Assembly: GCF_963921235.1 (NCBI RefSeq)
Contig: NC_086097.1
Coordinates: 57,538,001-57,602,000, forward strand
Origin: Mobula hypostoma
Lineage: Eukaryota
Length of the DNA stretch: 64,000 nucleotides
Direction of reading: 5' to 3'
The position numbers and the translations under genes are program-made. Under the pieces are notes generated by a model that was not told where the DNA came from, did not search any database, and worked only from the letters and a program-made list of their open reading frames with translations. Below, in pieces: positions 51,480-63,010 of this stretch (position 1 is its first letter; every line of letters starts with the position of its first letter).

Positions 51480-53645
51480 AAGACTCACCACTATCTAAGA
51501 GAAAAGAAGTAATATTTCTGTATTAAATGGACAACCCTTAGTTTTGAACAGTGACCCCTAGTTCTGTGTTTTCGCACAAGTGAACTTGTCCACCTTGTCA
51601 AGATTGCTCAGGCGTTCATATACAAACGTTTGTATTTCAGTTTCACTCTTCTAAACTCCAGCATTATTCATCTTAGCCCGTGTCAATATTCCTCTTAGGA
51701 CCATGTGCCTACTCAAGGTGTTAGTCAATTTCATTTCTTCTGAGCTGCTTCCAACACATTAAAATCAATCCTTAAAAAAGGAGATGAAGGTGATGGAGCA
51801 GTGATTGACCGGTGTGTTGTCTGGGATAGAATGGTTCAGTTAGGAGGAGAGACTGGATAGGCTAGGATTGCTTTCCATGGAGCAGAGGCTGATGGGTGCC
51901 CTAACAGAGGTACACAAAATTATGGGGGGCACAGATTCAGAGGAAAGTAGAAACGATTTCTCCATAAGAAAGATGTCTAAAAAAATGAGGCATTGGTTTA
52001 AATTGAGGAGTAAGGGGGTTAAAGGCAATCTGGGGAAGTTTTTTTCACTGGGATGATGTTTGCAATCTGTGTACTGCCAGAAATAGTAGTGGGGGGGTGG
52101 TATTTCACAACATTTAGGGAGCTGGCTGAGCACCAATTAACAAGGCATAGAAGGATACAAATCCAGTGTTGGTATTGTGATTAGGGTAGATGGTACTCAA
52201 TGGTTAGCAAGGATATTTCTGCCCTCAGAGTATTACTGAGACCACACAGTCTTTGTACAAACTCTCTACTTTGATTCCCTTAGTGATAAACAATGAAATT
52301 CTCTTTGCTCTCCTCAGTACTTGCAGTACCTGCGCAAAAACTTTTTTTCAAATCATGCACTGGACCACTCCCATCCCTCCATATCTCTGAGCTCCAAAAC
52401 CTCTCACCATTTAGGTAATATGCTTTTCTTTTCCCTGCCAAAATAGAGATTTGCATATTTTTGCACATTGCCAGCTTTTAGCCCACTTTGTGACCTCTTT
52501 ATATTCTCTTTACCACTAATTTTACCATATGTAAAAAAGGATGTGCTGGCATTGGAGAGGGTCCAGAAGTGGTTTACCAGAATGATCACGGGAATGAAAG
52601 GGTTTAATGTATGAGGAGCATTTCATGGCTCTGTACCTGAAGTTGCTGGAGTTAAGAAAAGTGAGAGGGGATTCTCATTGAAATGGTGCAACTATGTGTC
52701 TTTCTCGTGATCTTTGGACACTGGTAATATAAAATACTACAAGTCTCGTTCATTGGTTCATTGGCGTGATTGATGGTGGGTGAGCTGCATGGCCTCGGGT
52801 CCTCATGCCATGGTGTCACCTGTGGCAGCCACCCAGGGGAGGAGATGCCAGGGGCGGTGGGGGAGAGAATGTAGGTGTGGCAGGCATTCTGGAATCCGTG
52901 CTGGGTCAGGGGTTGGCCCTTGCCGTCTATCTCTGCTGTCGGTGCTGCCCTCCAGTGTTCGCTCCTTGGGAGACATGGTGGCTTGCCTTTGTCTGCAGCT
53001 GGCCCAGAGCGAGGAAAGCTGATTTGCTTTCGTTTGCAGCTAACCCAGTGTGAGATGAGGAATTCCTTCATCCTTCTTGCAGAAATGTGGCTTCAGGACA
53101 ACATCCTATACGCCATCAATCTTCGGGCTACGCCATTCAGGGACTTGTGCTAATGTTATTTTGTGACTGTATGTGCTATTGTAATTATTTGTGTTGTGTG
53201 CTGTGTGTGATACTATGTACTGTGCTTTGCACCTTGGTCCTAGAGGAACACTGTTCCTTTTAGCTGTATACATGTGTATGCTTAAATGACAATTAAAGTT
53301 GAACTTGAACCCTGCCGAATATTGAAAGGCCTTGATAGAGTGGGCGTGGAGTTGATGTTTCCAATAGTTGGAGAGTCCAAGACTAGAGGTGACAGCGTCA
53401 GAATAAAAGGAAGCCCCTTCAGAATAGAGATAAGGAAGAATACCTTCAGCCAGAGTTTGGTGAATCTGTGGCATTCATTGCCCAGTCATTTAAAGTGGAG
53501 GTTGATAGGTTCTTGATTAGAAAGGCCATCAAAGGTTACAGGGAGGAAGCAGGAGAATGTGGTTGAGAGGGAAAATCCGCCGTAATTGAATGGAAGAACA
53601 GATTTGTTGAACCAAATGTCTTATTTTTGTTCCTATGTCTTGTGG
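51480..53645. repeat. Cluster of old CR1 3' fragments in alternating orientation
   Basis: Fragments at about 51480-51780 (-), 51830-52210 (+), 52230-52520 (-), and 52530-52680 resuming at 53310-53645 (+). Confidence 0.6.
52681..53309 (+). mobile_element. Non-autonomous internally deleted Rex1-like element, copy 2
   Basis: Collinear with 13826-14500; LTQCEMRNSFILLAEMWLQDNI; tail gttgaacttgaa; interrupts a CR1 fragment at ttgaa. Confidence 0.7.
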
Positions 53646-54559
53646 ATACCCAGTCATCGTAACTGTTGGGCAGATTTAAGAATGTAACAAGATGTGTAAC
53701 ACAGCAGGATGCTATCCAGCCCTACAAGTCTGCTCCACCATTTGCCAATGTTGTGAGTGATCTTCTACATCAACATAATTTTCCTTTTCACCACCCCCAC
53801 ATCACTTGATTCTCTTAGTATTCAAATATCTTTTGATTCCATTTTGAACAAACTCGATCACTGAACTTCCGCAGTTGTTGGGGTTGTGGAATTCCAAAAA
53901 CTCACCACCCTCTAAGTAGAGAAATTCAAATTCCAATCCAGTTTGGTTAATTATCATGTACACCATGAAATCTCTTGCTCACATGAAGCGCACAGAGTAA
54001 CAGGATACAGGATAGTAATAAATAGCATAAATAGAGTAATGAGCACAAAATAACAGAATGATGCAAGATTGTAGTGTGATTTGAAGTATCACACTAAAGC
54101 AAATCAGCTTTCCTCGCACTGAGTCAGCTGCAGACAAAGGCAGTACTGATGGCAGAGACGGTCTGCAGGAGCCAACCCCTGACGCAGCACAGATTCGAGC
54201 ATGACCACTGCATCTGCAAAAAGATATGCTGAAGTGACAACGACAAAGTGATGGAGAGAGGTAGGATTAATAATCCGACAACCTGGCAGCTCCCCTCCTG
54301 ATGAAGGGGAAGTGAAAGAAGTGATTAGTTCAGAAGTCTGAAAGTAGTGGAGAAAGAAATACTTCTTAATCTGGTCATCCAGGATTTCAAACTCCTGGAA
54401 CTTCTTCCAGAAGGTAGAAGAGAGAAAATGGAATCCATCCATCCTTGATGGGACTATTAGCCTTCCTGAAGCAGTGCACTGTGATGATAGACTGGATAGA
54501 AGGAAGTGAGGACTGGACTCTGTTTACCTCACTCTGCAGGTTTCTCATCTCAAACCTAA

Positions 54560-55840
54560 ACAGTCCACAACTTCTTCAAAGACTTTGCAGGAAAGGGAGA
54601 CCACTTTCCTATATCCCAGACTGTCAAGCCCTGTATAAATTTTCACATTTCAAATGGATTTCCTCTCATTTTTCTAAACATGAATACGTCTAGTCTACTC
54701 AATCTCCTCATTCAGTGTACCTACAGTCCATGGAATCAACCCCATGAACTTTCACTTCAAGAACAGCCATTCTTAGCGAAGGAGACTAAAACTGTACTTC
54801 AGCTGCATTGTCTGCAAGTGCAGCAAAAGGTCTGTCTTTCTGTATCTAAACTCTAAATGAATCCTAATAGCTAGTTTCATCTATATGTTGGCTTTAAGTG
54901 ACTTGTGTCAAAATACATCTAAGTTTGTTTTTGAGCATCAGCACCACCCAGTGTCACATTTAAAATATGATTTTTTTTCCAGCTTGTACACTCAAGTAGT
55001 TAACTTAATACTCTTTTTTTCACGTTACATACTACTTTGTTCTTCACCATTTGCTCAGTTTGTTCATATAATCCTCAAAACCTCTTTACACCCTCCCTTG
55101 TACTCACAATCTCACCTGGTTTAATATCATCAGCACACTTGGAAATATAACATATAGTCCGTTCAGCATGATCATTGATACAAACTGCGAATAGCTGGTA
55201 GGCACACAGGTGCTGATACCCATAATGCCCACAAGCCTCTGCCTGCCATCTGAGAAGGATCCATTTATTCACGATCTTTGTTCTTTTTTCATTCAGTAGG
55301 CAACTCTCAGTCCATGAGAATATATTATCCCCAATTCCATCCAATCCAATAGTGCAAGATTTCCAAAATTTTAAATACATCATATTGCCTTCATCCTCCT
55401 TATCTATACAACTAATCACATCCTCAAACTGAGTAGATTAATCAAGCATAATTTTCATTTCGTAAATCCTTGCCAATTCTGAGTAATCCTATGATTCTTT
55501 TCAAGGTATTCTGTTCCTATGTCCTCTGTGTTTTCTCTCCTAATGATAAGTTAACAGATAGATACTTACATGAAATTATGGAGATGCTCTTGCTACCCCC
55601 AATTGAAACAGAACCTATTGAAGAATATAGAATTAGGAAGATGACAACTGAAGCATTCAATGTCTCTTTGAACACCTCTTTCAAAATTCTGGGTCATGAG
55701 TTGTCAAACCATTGCCTTTCAACTTCACTAACTATTCAGAGTGATTTTTTCTGGCAAATACTTATTACCTTCAATTCCTTAGTATTGCTAGACTTTTAAT
55801 TCTTTAATAATTCTGGGAGGTCTTTTTGCAATTTCTTTCA
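54560..55840 (-). mobile_element. Ancient CR1 remnant
   Basis: Minus-strand remnants such as DEGNMMYLKF, WTESCL and ISKCADDIK. Confidence 0.55.
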
Positions 55841-56254
55841 TGAACTATGTGGCCTTTCCATGTCAACCATACACATGTTTGTGGTATTGTGTATGTTGTT
55901 AACAGTAAGTGCCCAAACCAAGTTACTTCATTGTATTAGTAATGCATAATATCATTAAGTTAACATCATTGCAAATTGTACTTGATTCAGGAGCAAAGTT
56001 AATTCATATAAATGGCATCGAATGACTAAATTACGGAAGAAATACAATTCTAAATACCAATATAGTACATTGGGAGTTAATCTGAATTATAATCTTGGAA
56101 GTATAAATAAACAATTCAAATAGATTTGCAATAAATTGTTTTCTTTGGATAGATTTTAGCCGCTGATATATTTCCACCACCACATTGTTTGATCTGTGTA
56201 TTTTGTGTGCACTTATAATTTACAAAACTGTCTGGAGATCACCCATTTCATAAA

Positions 56255-57008
56255 CAACAGGAATTCTGCAGATGCTGGAAATTCAAGCAACACACATCAA
56301 AGTTGCTGGTGAACGCAGCAGGCCAGGCAGCATCTGTAGGAAGAGGTGCAGTCGACGTTTCAGGCTGAGACCCTTCGTCAGGAGACCCGACGCAGACTGG
56401 GAGACCGCTTTGCTGAACATCTACGCTCTGTCCGCCAGAGAAAGCAGGATCTCCCAGTGGCCACACATTTTAATTCCACATCCCATTTCCATTCTGACAT
56501 GTCTATCCACGGCCTCCTCTACTGTAAAGATGAAGCCACACTCAGGTTGGAGGAACAACACCTTATATTCCGTCTGGGTAGCCTCCAACCTGATGGCATG
56601 AACATTGACTTCTCTAACTTCCGCTAAGGCCCCACCTCCCCCTCGTACCCCATCTGTTACTTATTTTTATGCACACATTCTTTCTCTCACTCTCCTTTTT
56701 CTCCCTCTGTCTATACCCCTTGCCCATTCTCTGGGTCCCCCCCCCCGTCTTTCTTCCCGGACCTCCTGTCCCATGATCCTCTCGTATCCCCTTTTGCCTA
56801 TCACCTATCCAGTTCTTGGCTCCATCCCTCCCCCTCCTGTCTTCTCCTATCATTTTGGATCTCCCCCTCCCCCTCCAACTTTCAAATCCCTTACTCACTC
56901 TCCCTTCAGTTAGTCCTGACGAAGGGTCTCGGCCTGAAACGTCGACTGCACCTCTTCCTACAGATGCTGCCTGGCCTGCTGCGTTCACCAGCAACTTTGA
57001 TGTATGTT
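56255..57008 (+). mobile_element. Young Penelope-like element 3' part (GIY-YIG C-terminus) with inverted 5' arm
   Basis: ETRRRLGDRFAEHL...RLGSLQPDGMNIDF; about 95-bp near-perfect inverted arms; TSD acccatttcataaa (56241-56254, 57009-57022). Confidence 0.92.
56912..56947 (+). ncRNA. Minimal type I hammerhead ribozyme-like motif, sense to the TALPID3 pre-mRNA
   Basis: AGUC-CUGACGA-A-GGGU(CUCG)GCCU-GAAAC-GUC-GACU; predicted cleavage after C56943. Confidence 0.65.
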
Positions 57009-57212
57009 ACCCATTTCATAAAACTTGTCAAAGTGCACATTAAGAATAATTAAATGCTGAGTTTGCACATTTTGTGCATCATAATAATTTCTCAATGACC
57101 TGTAACTTAAATATTTTGGCCTGGTGTGTGATCATTGCTGCGCTCTAAATCCAGATATTGCTCTGACAATTGCCCTGTAAAAATATTAAGAAGTATGTGA
57201 AGCCTCATTTAT

Positions 57213-57505
57213 AGTGGTACATTAGTAGCGTAGTGCGACGCTATTACAGCTTGGAACATCGGAGCTCGGAGTTCAGTTCCAGAGTCTTCTGTAAGAAAAT
57301 TTGTACGTTCTTCATGTGTGCACAAAGGTTTCTTCCAGGTGCTTCAGTTTGCTCCCACACTCCAAAGGTGTGCTGTTTAGTCGGTTAATTGGTCATTGTA
57401 AATTGACCTGTGATTAGTCTAGGGTTAAATCAGTGGGTTGCTGGGCAGCGTGGCTTGGTGGACCAGAAGGGCCTGTTCCATGCTGTATCTCTAAATAAAA
57501 TTAAA
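57213..57505 (+). mobile_element. V-SINE (HE1-like) with CR1-type tail
   Basis: tRNA-like head with ggagttcagttcc B-box-like motif, core ctcccacactccaaag...ggttaattggtcattgtaaattg, CR1-like gaagggcctgtt...gctgtatctctaaa end. Confidence 0.75.
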
Positions 57506-57693
57506 ACATGTAATGTAGACTAGGAGCAGTACATGACTTATCTCTGCCATACAGCGAGGACATAATCGTCTTATGTGACTGAGTGATACCTCTGGCAAAT
57601 TTTATGTTTGCTCTTGGGATATTGAAGGTGATATGTGATTTTATCAAATAATGACAAATTTAATATGTAGTTACAAAACGTATCAATTTTTAG

Positions 57694-57828
57694 TCACAAG
57701 AGGTACTGCAGATGCTGGAAATCTAGAGCATACACACAATGTGCTGGAGAAACTCAGCAGGTCAGGTAACATCTATGGATGGGAGTAAACGGTCAACGTT
57801 TCAGGCTGAGACCCAACATCAGGACTGG
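57694..57828 (-). mobile_element. Penelope terminal-repeat mini-insertion
   Basis: 9-bp TSD aatttttag (57685-57693, 57829-57837); mutated hammerhead-like core. Confidence 0.75.
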
Positions 57829-58149
57829 AATTTTTAGAGTGTTTTCAGGTGTTTCCATTGTCAATGACAGTCAAACTGTAGCCAGCTGCATTTTCTTCAG
57901 AGAAGTGACTATGTTATCAGATCAGTGTAATTTATTCTACATAGTATTAGTGTGGGCGTTTAATACTTCTATTATTAACCAGGGAGAACAGCTATAAATG
58001 ATCTTAAACTATGATAAAATGATCAGACATTTAGAAACTGTTGGAAAACAACTATAATTAAAAACAAATTTTAACAAACTGATAAAATAAATTCAATATT
58101 TAACAAACATAATTTAATAATTGAATGGCCTAGTAATACAGGTATGCAT

Positions 58150-58418
58150 CTAAGGTGATAAGGGGGAAGTTCAAAGGAGATGTGCAGTGCTGTTTTTTAA
58201 TACTGAAAGTGATGAGTACCTGGAATACACTGCCAGGGTTGGTGGTGGAGGCAGATACAATAGTGGCATTTAAAAAGCTCTTAGATAGGCACATGAATAT
58301 GAGGAAAGGAGGGATATGGATCCTGTGTAAACAAAAGGTATTAGGCATCATTTGCTTAATTAGTTCATAGATTGAAGAGCCTGTTTTCATGCTGTACTGG
58401 GTTAACTTCTATGTTCTA
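58150..58418 (+). mobile_element. CR1 3' fragment
   Basis: GKFKGDV...WNTLPGLVVEADTIVAFKKLLDRHM. Confidence 0.75.
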
Positions 58419-58719
58419 ATACAATGCAGATGTTTTTTTCTGTGGTTAAACTGTATTACTCTGACAGTGCAAATAGGAATTTATGTTATGAGCTGTATAT
58501 AAACTGATCTGATAATGATAAAATAATCCGTTTTAGAAATGTTTCATGCCCACCATAAATGATGCAATATTATTACATTTTTAGAAGTAAAATGTGTGAA
58601 CTATTAATATGAAACTCAACACTTTATATCTATGGTTACTGAGGCTGTTACATTGTGCTTCGGTTTATTATTCCCCCTTCAAGATTTTACTTGTGTGCTA
58701 TTTTCTTTTTGTCACTTAG

Positions 58720-58903
58720 AACTCTGATAATGATAGCAGCACGGGACAGATTAGTGAAGGCCAAATGCCCAGACTTACGAAAGCAGCAGAAAGCATCCTG
58801 ATTGGACAGCCACAAAACATCAATCGCTCCTCAATAAATAATTACGTAAAAATGCCACAAGCAAGACGCTCACCATCACCTGGGCAATTCAATACTCAAA
58901 CAG
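58720..58903 (+). CDS. KIAA0586: TALPID3 coding exon (window exon 9)
   Basis: cacttag|AAC acceptor, G|gtaatc donor (phase 0 to 1). NSDNDSSTGQISEGQMPRLTKAAESILIGQPQ...SPSPGQFNTQT, cf. human [23 protein letters not shown]. Confidence 0.92.
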
Positions 58904-59409
58904 GTAATCAGTGCAAACTAGCTATTTTTTGAATATGGTCATTTGGAAAAAGTAAATTCTGTTCTACTTATCTATTGTCTGGCGTGCATCAAAACTGTGT
59001 TTTGTTTATTTCTTCGAGCTTCAGAGTTCAATAAACAAGATATCTTTTCTCATTTGGATACTGATTGGAGCTGAGTACATTGGTAGAAATGATTTCTCCA
59101 TTGTAATTTTACCCCTATTTTACTACACTTGTTTGACATCTCTTAATGCATCCTAGCTAGAAGGTATGCCTAATAACCCAGAGTAAGGCACTGTTCTTTG
59201 CCAGTTTGTATATGAAAATTGTGCTTTAGTTTGTTTTTGTATTACTACGTATTCAGTAAGGAAGTAACAGACAAGGTTAAATGCTTTTGACAACTTTCAC
59301 CATTCTCTTCTCTTGAAATCACTAATAGATTACCTTGAAACCTCCAGTAGATTCCATGTATAATCTCAGGAAGTGCAGGCAAAACACTCAGTGACCACTT
59401 TATTAGTTA

Positions 59410-62400
59410 TAATAGAAGTTATAGAACACTACAGTACAGAACCAGGCCTTTCAGCCTATCTAGTTTGTGCCAAAACATTAATCTACCTAATCCCATCGAT
59501 CTGCACCCAAACCATAACCCTTCATACCCTTTTCATTCATACACCCTTTCAAATTTATCTTAAATGTTGGAATCAACCCCACATCCACCACTTGTGCTAG
59601 CAGCTTGTTCCACGCTTTAACCACCCTCTTAAGGAGTTCCCCCTCCCTCATGTTCCCCCTTAAACATTTCACCTTTCATCCTTAACCCATGACCTCAAGT
59701 TGTAAACTCAACTAACCTCAGTGGAAAAAGTTATTTTGCATTTACCCTATCTATACCCCTCATTATTTCAAATAGCTCTGTCAATCTCTCATCAATTTTC
59801 TACATTCCAGAGTATAAAGTCCTAGCCTATTCAAGCTTTCATTTTAACCCAGGTCCAGAAATCCTGGTGATTTTCTTGTAAATTTTTGCTCCACTCTTTC
59901 AATCTTATTTACATCTTTCCTATTGGTAAATACTCAAAACTGCACACAATATTCCAAATTAGGCCTCACTGATGTCTTATACAACTTCAACATAGCATCC
60001 CAACTCCTGTAATCAATACATTGATTTATGAAGGCCAATAAGCCAAAAGATTTCTTTATGACCCTATTCACCTGTGACACACCTTTCAAGGAATTATGGA
60101 TCTGTAATCCCAGATCACTCTGTCCTTCTGCACCCCTTAGTGCCCTCAAACTCATTGTGTAAAACCTACTCTGGTTGGTCCTTCCAAATTGCAGCACCTC
60201 ACGCTTATCTGCATTAAATTCCATCTGCATTTTCCAGCCCATTTTCCCAGCTAGTCCAGAGCCTGCTGCAAGCTTTGATACTCCTCCTTACTGTCCACTC
60301 CCCCCTCCCCCGCCATCTTGGTGTCATATGCAAATTTGCTGATCCAGTTTACCACAGATTGTTGATATAGATGGCATGAAGGGATATGGGGAGAAGGCAG
60401 GACATTTGGGCTGAAAGGAAAATTGGATCAGCCATGATGAAGGCTCGATGGGCCAAATGGCCTAATTGGGCTCCTATATCTTATGGTCTTAAGGTTATAG
60501 ATGAAAAACAACAATAGATCCAGCACCGATCCCAGTGGCATATCATTAATCGCAGGCCTCCATTCAGAGAGGCAACTTTCTACAGCCACTCTCTGGCTTC
60601 TTCCGCAGAGTCAATGTGAGATCCAATTTGCTAGCTCATCTTGAATGCCAAGTGACTGTACCTTCTTGACCAACTTCCCATGAGGGACCTTGTCAATGGC
60701 CTTGCTATGGTCCATGTAGGCAACATCCATTGCCTTACCTCATCAACCTTCCTTGTGACTTCCTTGAAAAATTCTAAAAAATTGGTTAGATACAACTTAC
60801 CATATGCAAAGCTGGGCTAACTATCCCTAATCAATCCCTGTTTATCCAAATACTGAAATATCCAGTCTCTTCCAATAACATTCCCACTACTGATGTCAGA
60901 CTCACCAACTTTTAATTTCCTGGCTTATTTGTAGAGCTTTCCTTAAACAATGGAACAATTTTAGCTATCCTCTAATACCCCAGCACCTCACTCATGGCGA
61001 AGGATGTTTTAAATTTTGCTGCTAGGGCCCCTGCAATTTCTGCACTAGCCTCTCACAGGGTCCACGTTGTCAGGCCCTGGGGATTTATTCAAGCTAATTT
61101 GCCTCAATTCAGCAAGTACCTCCTTCTCTGAAATCGGTATAGGGTACTTCACCCTGCTACTGCATTGCCTCAAACCTATCGTCTCTGTGTCCATCTTCAG
61201 AGTAAATACAGATGCATAAAAGCTGGGTCTCAATATCTCTCGAAAACCCAAGGCTCCCTAAAGCTGTTGTCCTTGCCTTTTATTCTGACAGGAACATACT
61301 AACCCTGTACTCTCAAAATTTCACTTTTGAAGGCCTCCCACGTATCAGTTACATCCTTGCCAGAAAACAGCCTGTCCCAATCCATTTGATGTCATCAAAA
61401 TTGGCCTTACTCCAATTTGGAATCTCAACCCAAGGACCAGACCTTTCCTTTTCCATAATTACCTTGAAGTTAGTGGCATTATGATCACTGGTTGCAAAGT
61501 GTTCTTCTGCACAAACTTCTGTCACCTTCCCTGTCTTATTCCCTAATTGGAGATCTAATGTCACCACTCCCTCTAGCTGGGACTTCTATGTACTGATGAA
61601 GGAAACTTTCCTGAACACATTTGACAAATTCTTTCCCTTCCAGCCCTTTTACAGTTTGGGAGTCCCAATCAATATGTGAAAAGCTGAAATTACCTACTAT
61701 CACAACCCTATGTTTCTTGCTATAGTCTGCGATCTCTCTACAAATTTGCTCCTCTAAATCCCATGGACTGTTAGGCGGTCTATAATATAATCCCATTAAC
61801 GTGATCATACCTTTCTTATTTCTCACTTCTACCCATAAAGCCTTAATAAATGAGCTTTCCAGTCTGTCCTGATTGAGCACTACCAAGACAATTTCCCTGA
61901 CTAGTAATGCCACCCCTCCCCCTTTAACCCCTCCCATCTACCCTGTATAAAGCAATGGAACCCTGAATTTTTAACTGCCAGTTCCACCCCTCCTGCAACC
62001 AAGTCTCACTAATGGTGTTCTTCTGATTGTCATAATTCCACATGCTGATCCATGGTCCAAGCTCATCCACCTTTCCTGCAATACTCCTTGCATTGAAATA
62101 CAGTATATGCAACTCAGAACATTAGTCTCAGCATGCTTGACCTTTTGATTCCTGACCTCGTATGTAGGTTTAACAACATCTTTCTCCACAACCACTCCTC
62201 CATCTGTTCTGGCGCTCTGGATCCCATCCCCTTGCAACTCAACTAACCTGCCTGTGCAACACACGCAAAACAGTGCAAACCATCCCTTCTGTAAAGAATC
62301 CAACCTTCCCTAGAAGAGTGTCCAATGATGCGAAAATCTGAAGCCCTCCGTCCTGCACCAACTCCTTAGCTACATGTTAAACTGTATGATCTTCCAATTT

Positions 62401-63005
62401 TTGGTGTCATTAACACATGACATGGGTAGCAATCCTGAGATTACAACCCTGGAGGTCCTACACTTTAAATTAGCACCTAACTTCCTGAACTTACTTTGCA
62501 GAACTTTGTCACCCATCCTTTCCATGTCATTGGTACCGACATGGACCATGACCTCTGGCTGTTCACCCTCTCACTTTAGAGTGCTGTGGACCCAATCAGA
62601 GATGTCCCTGACCCAGTCACCCAGAAGGCAACAAACTATCGAGCAATCTTGTTCTCATCCGCAGAAACTTCTTTCTGTTCTCCTAACCAATGAATTCTCT
62701 TATCACTACAGATTGCCTCTTCTCCCCCTTCCCTCCTGAGCCACAGATCCAGACTCAGTGCCAGAGTCCTGACCACTGTGATTTTCCTCTGCTAGAACAT
62801 GCCCCCAACAGTATCTAAAGTGGTATACCTATAGTTGAGGGATACAGCCACTGTGGTACTCTGCACTAGCTGCCTATTGCATTTCCCCCTCCTGATGGTC
62901 ACCCAGTTACCTGTGTCCTGCACCTCCCTGTATGTCCTGAGTATCAACCCCTCAGCCTCTCAAATGATCTGGAGTTTATCCAGTTCCAGCTCCAACTCCT
63001 AAACA
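59410..63005 (-). mobile_element. Old near full-length CR1 (ORF1 esterase plus ORF2), degenerate
   Basis: HVGTND at about 62530, YFNARSI, GLYYRPPNS, SDH and RPNLEYCVQF remnants. Contains a 122-bp CR1 3' end (+, 60374-60495) with TSD tatagatg. Confidence 0.85.
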
Positions 63006-63010
63006 CGTAT

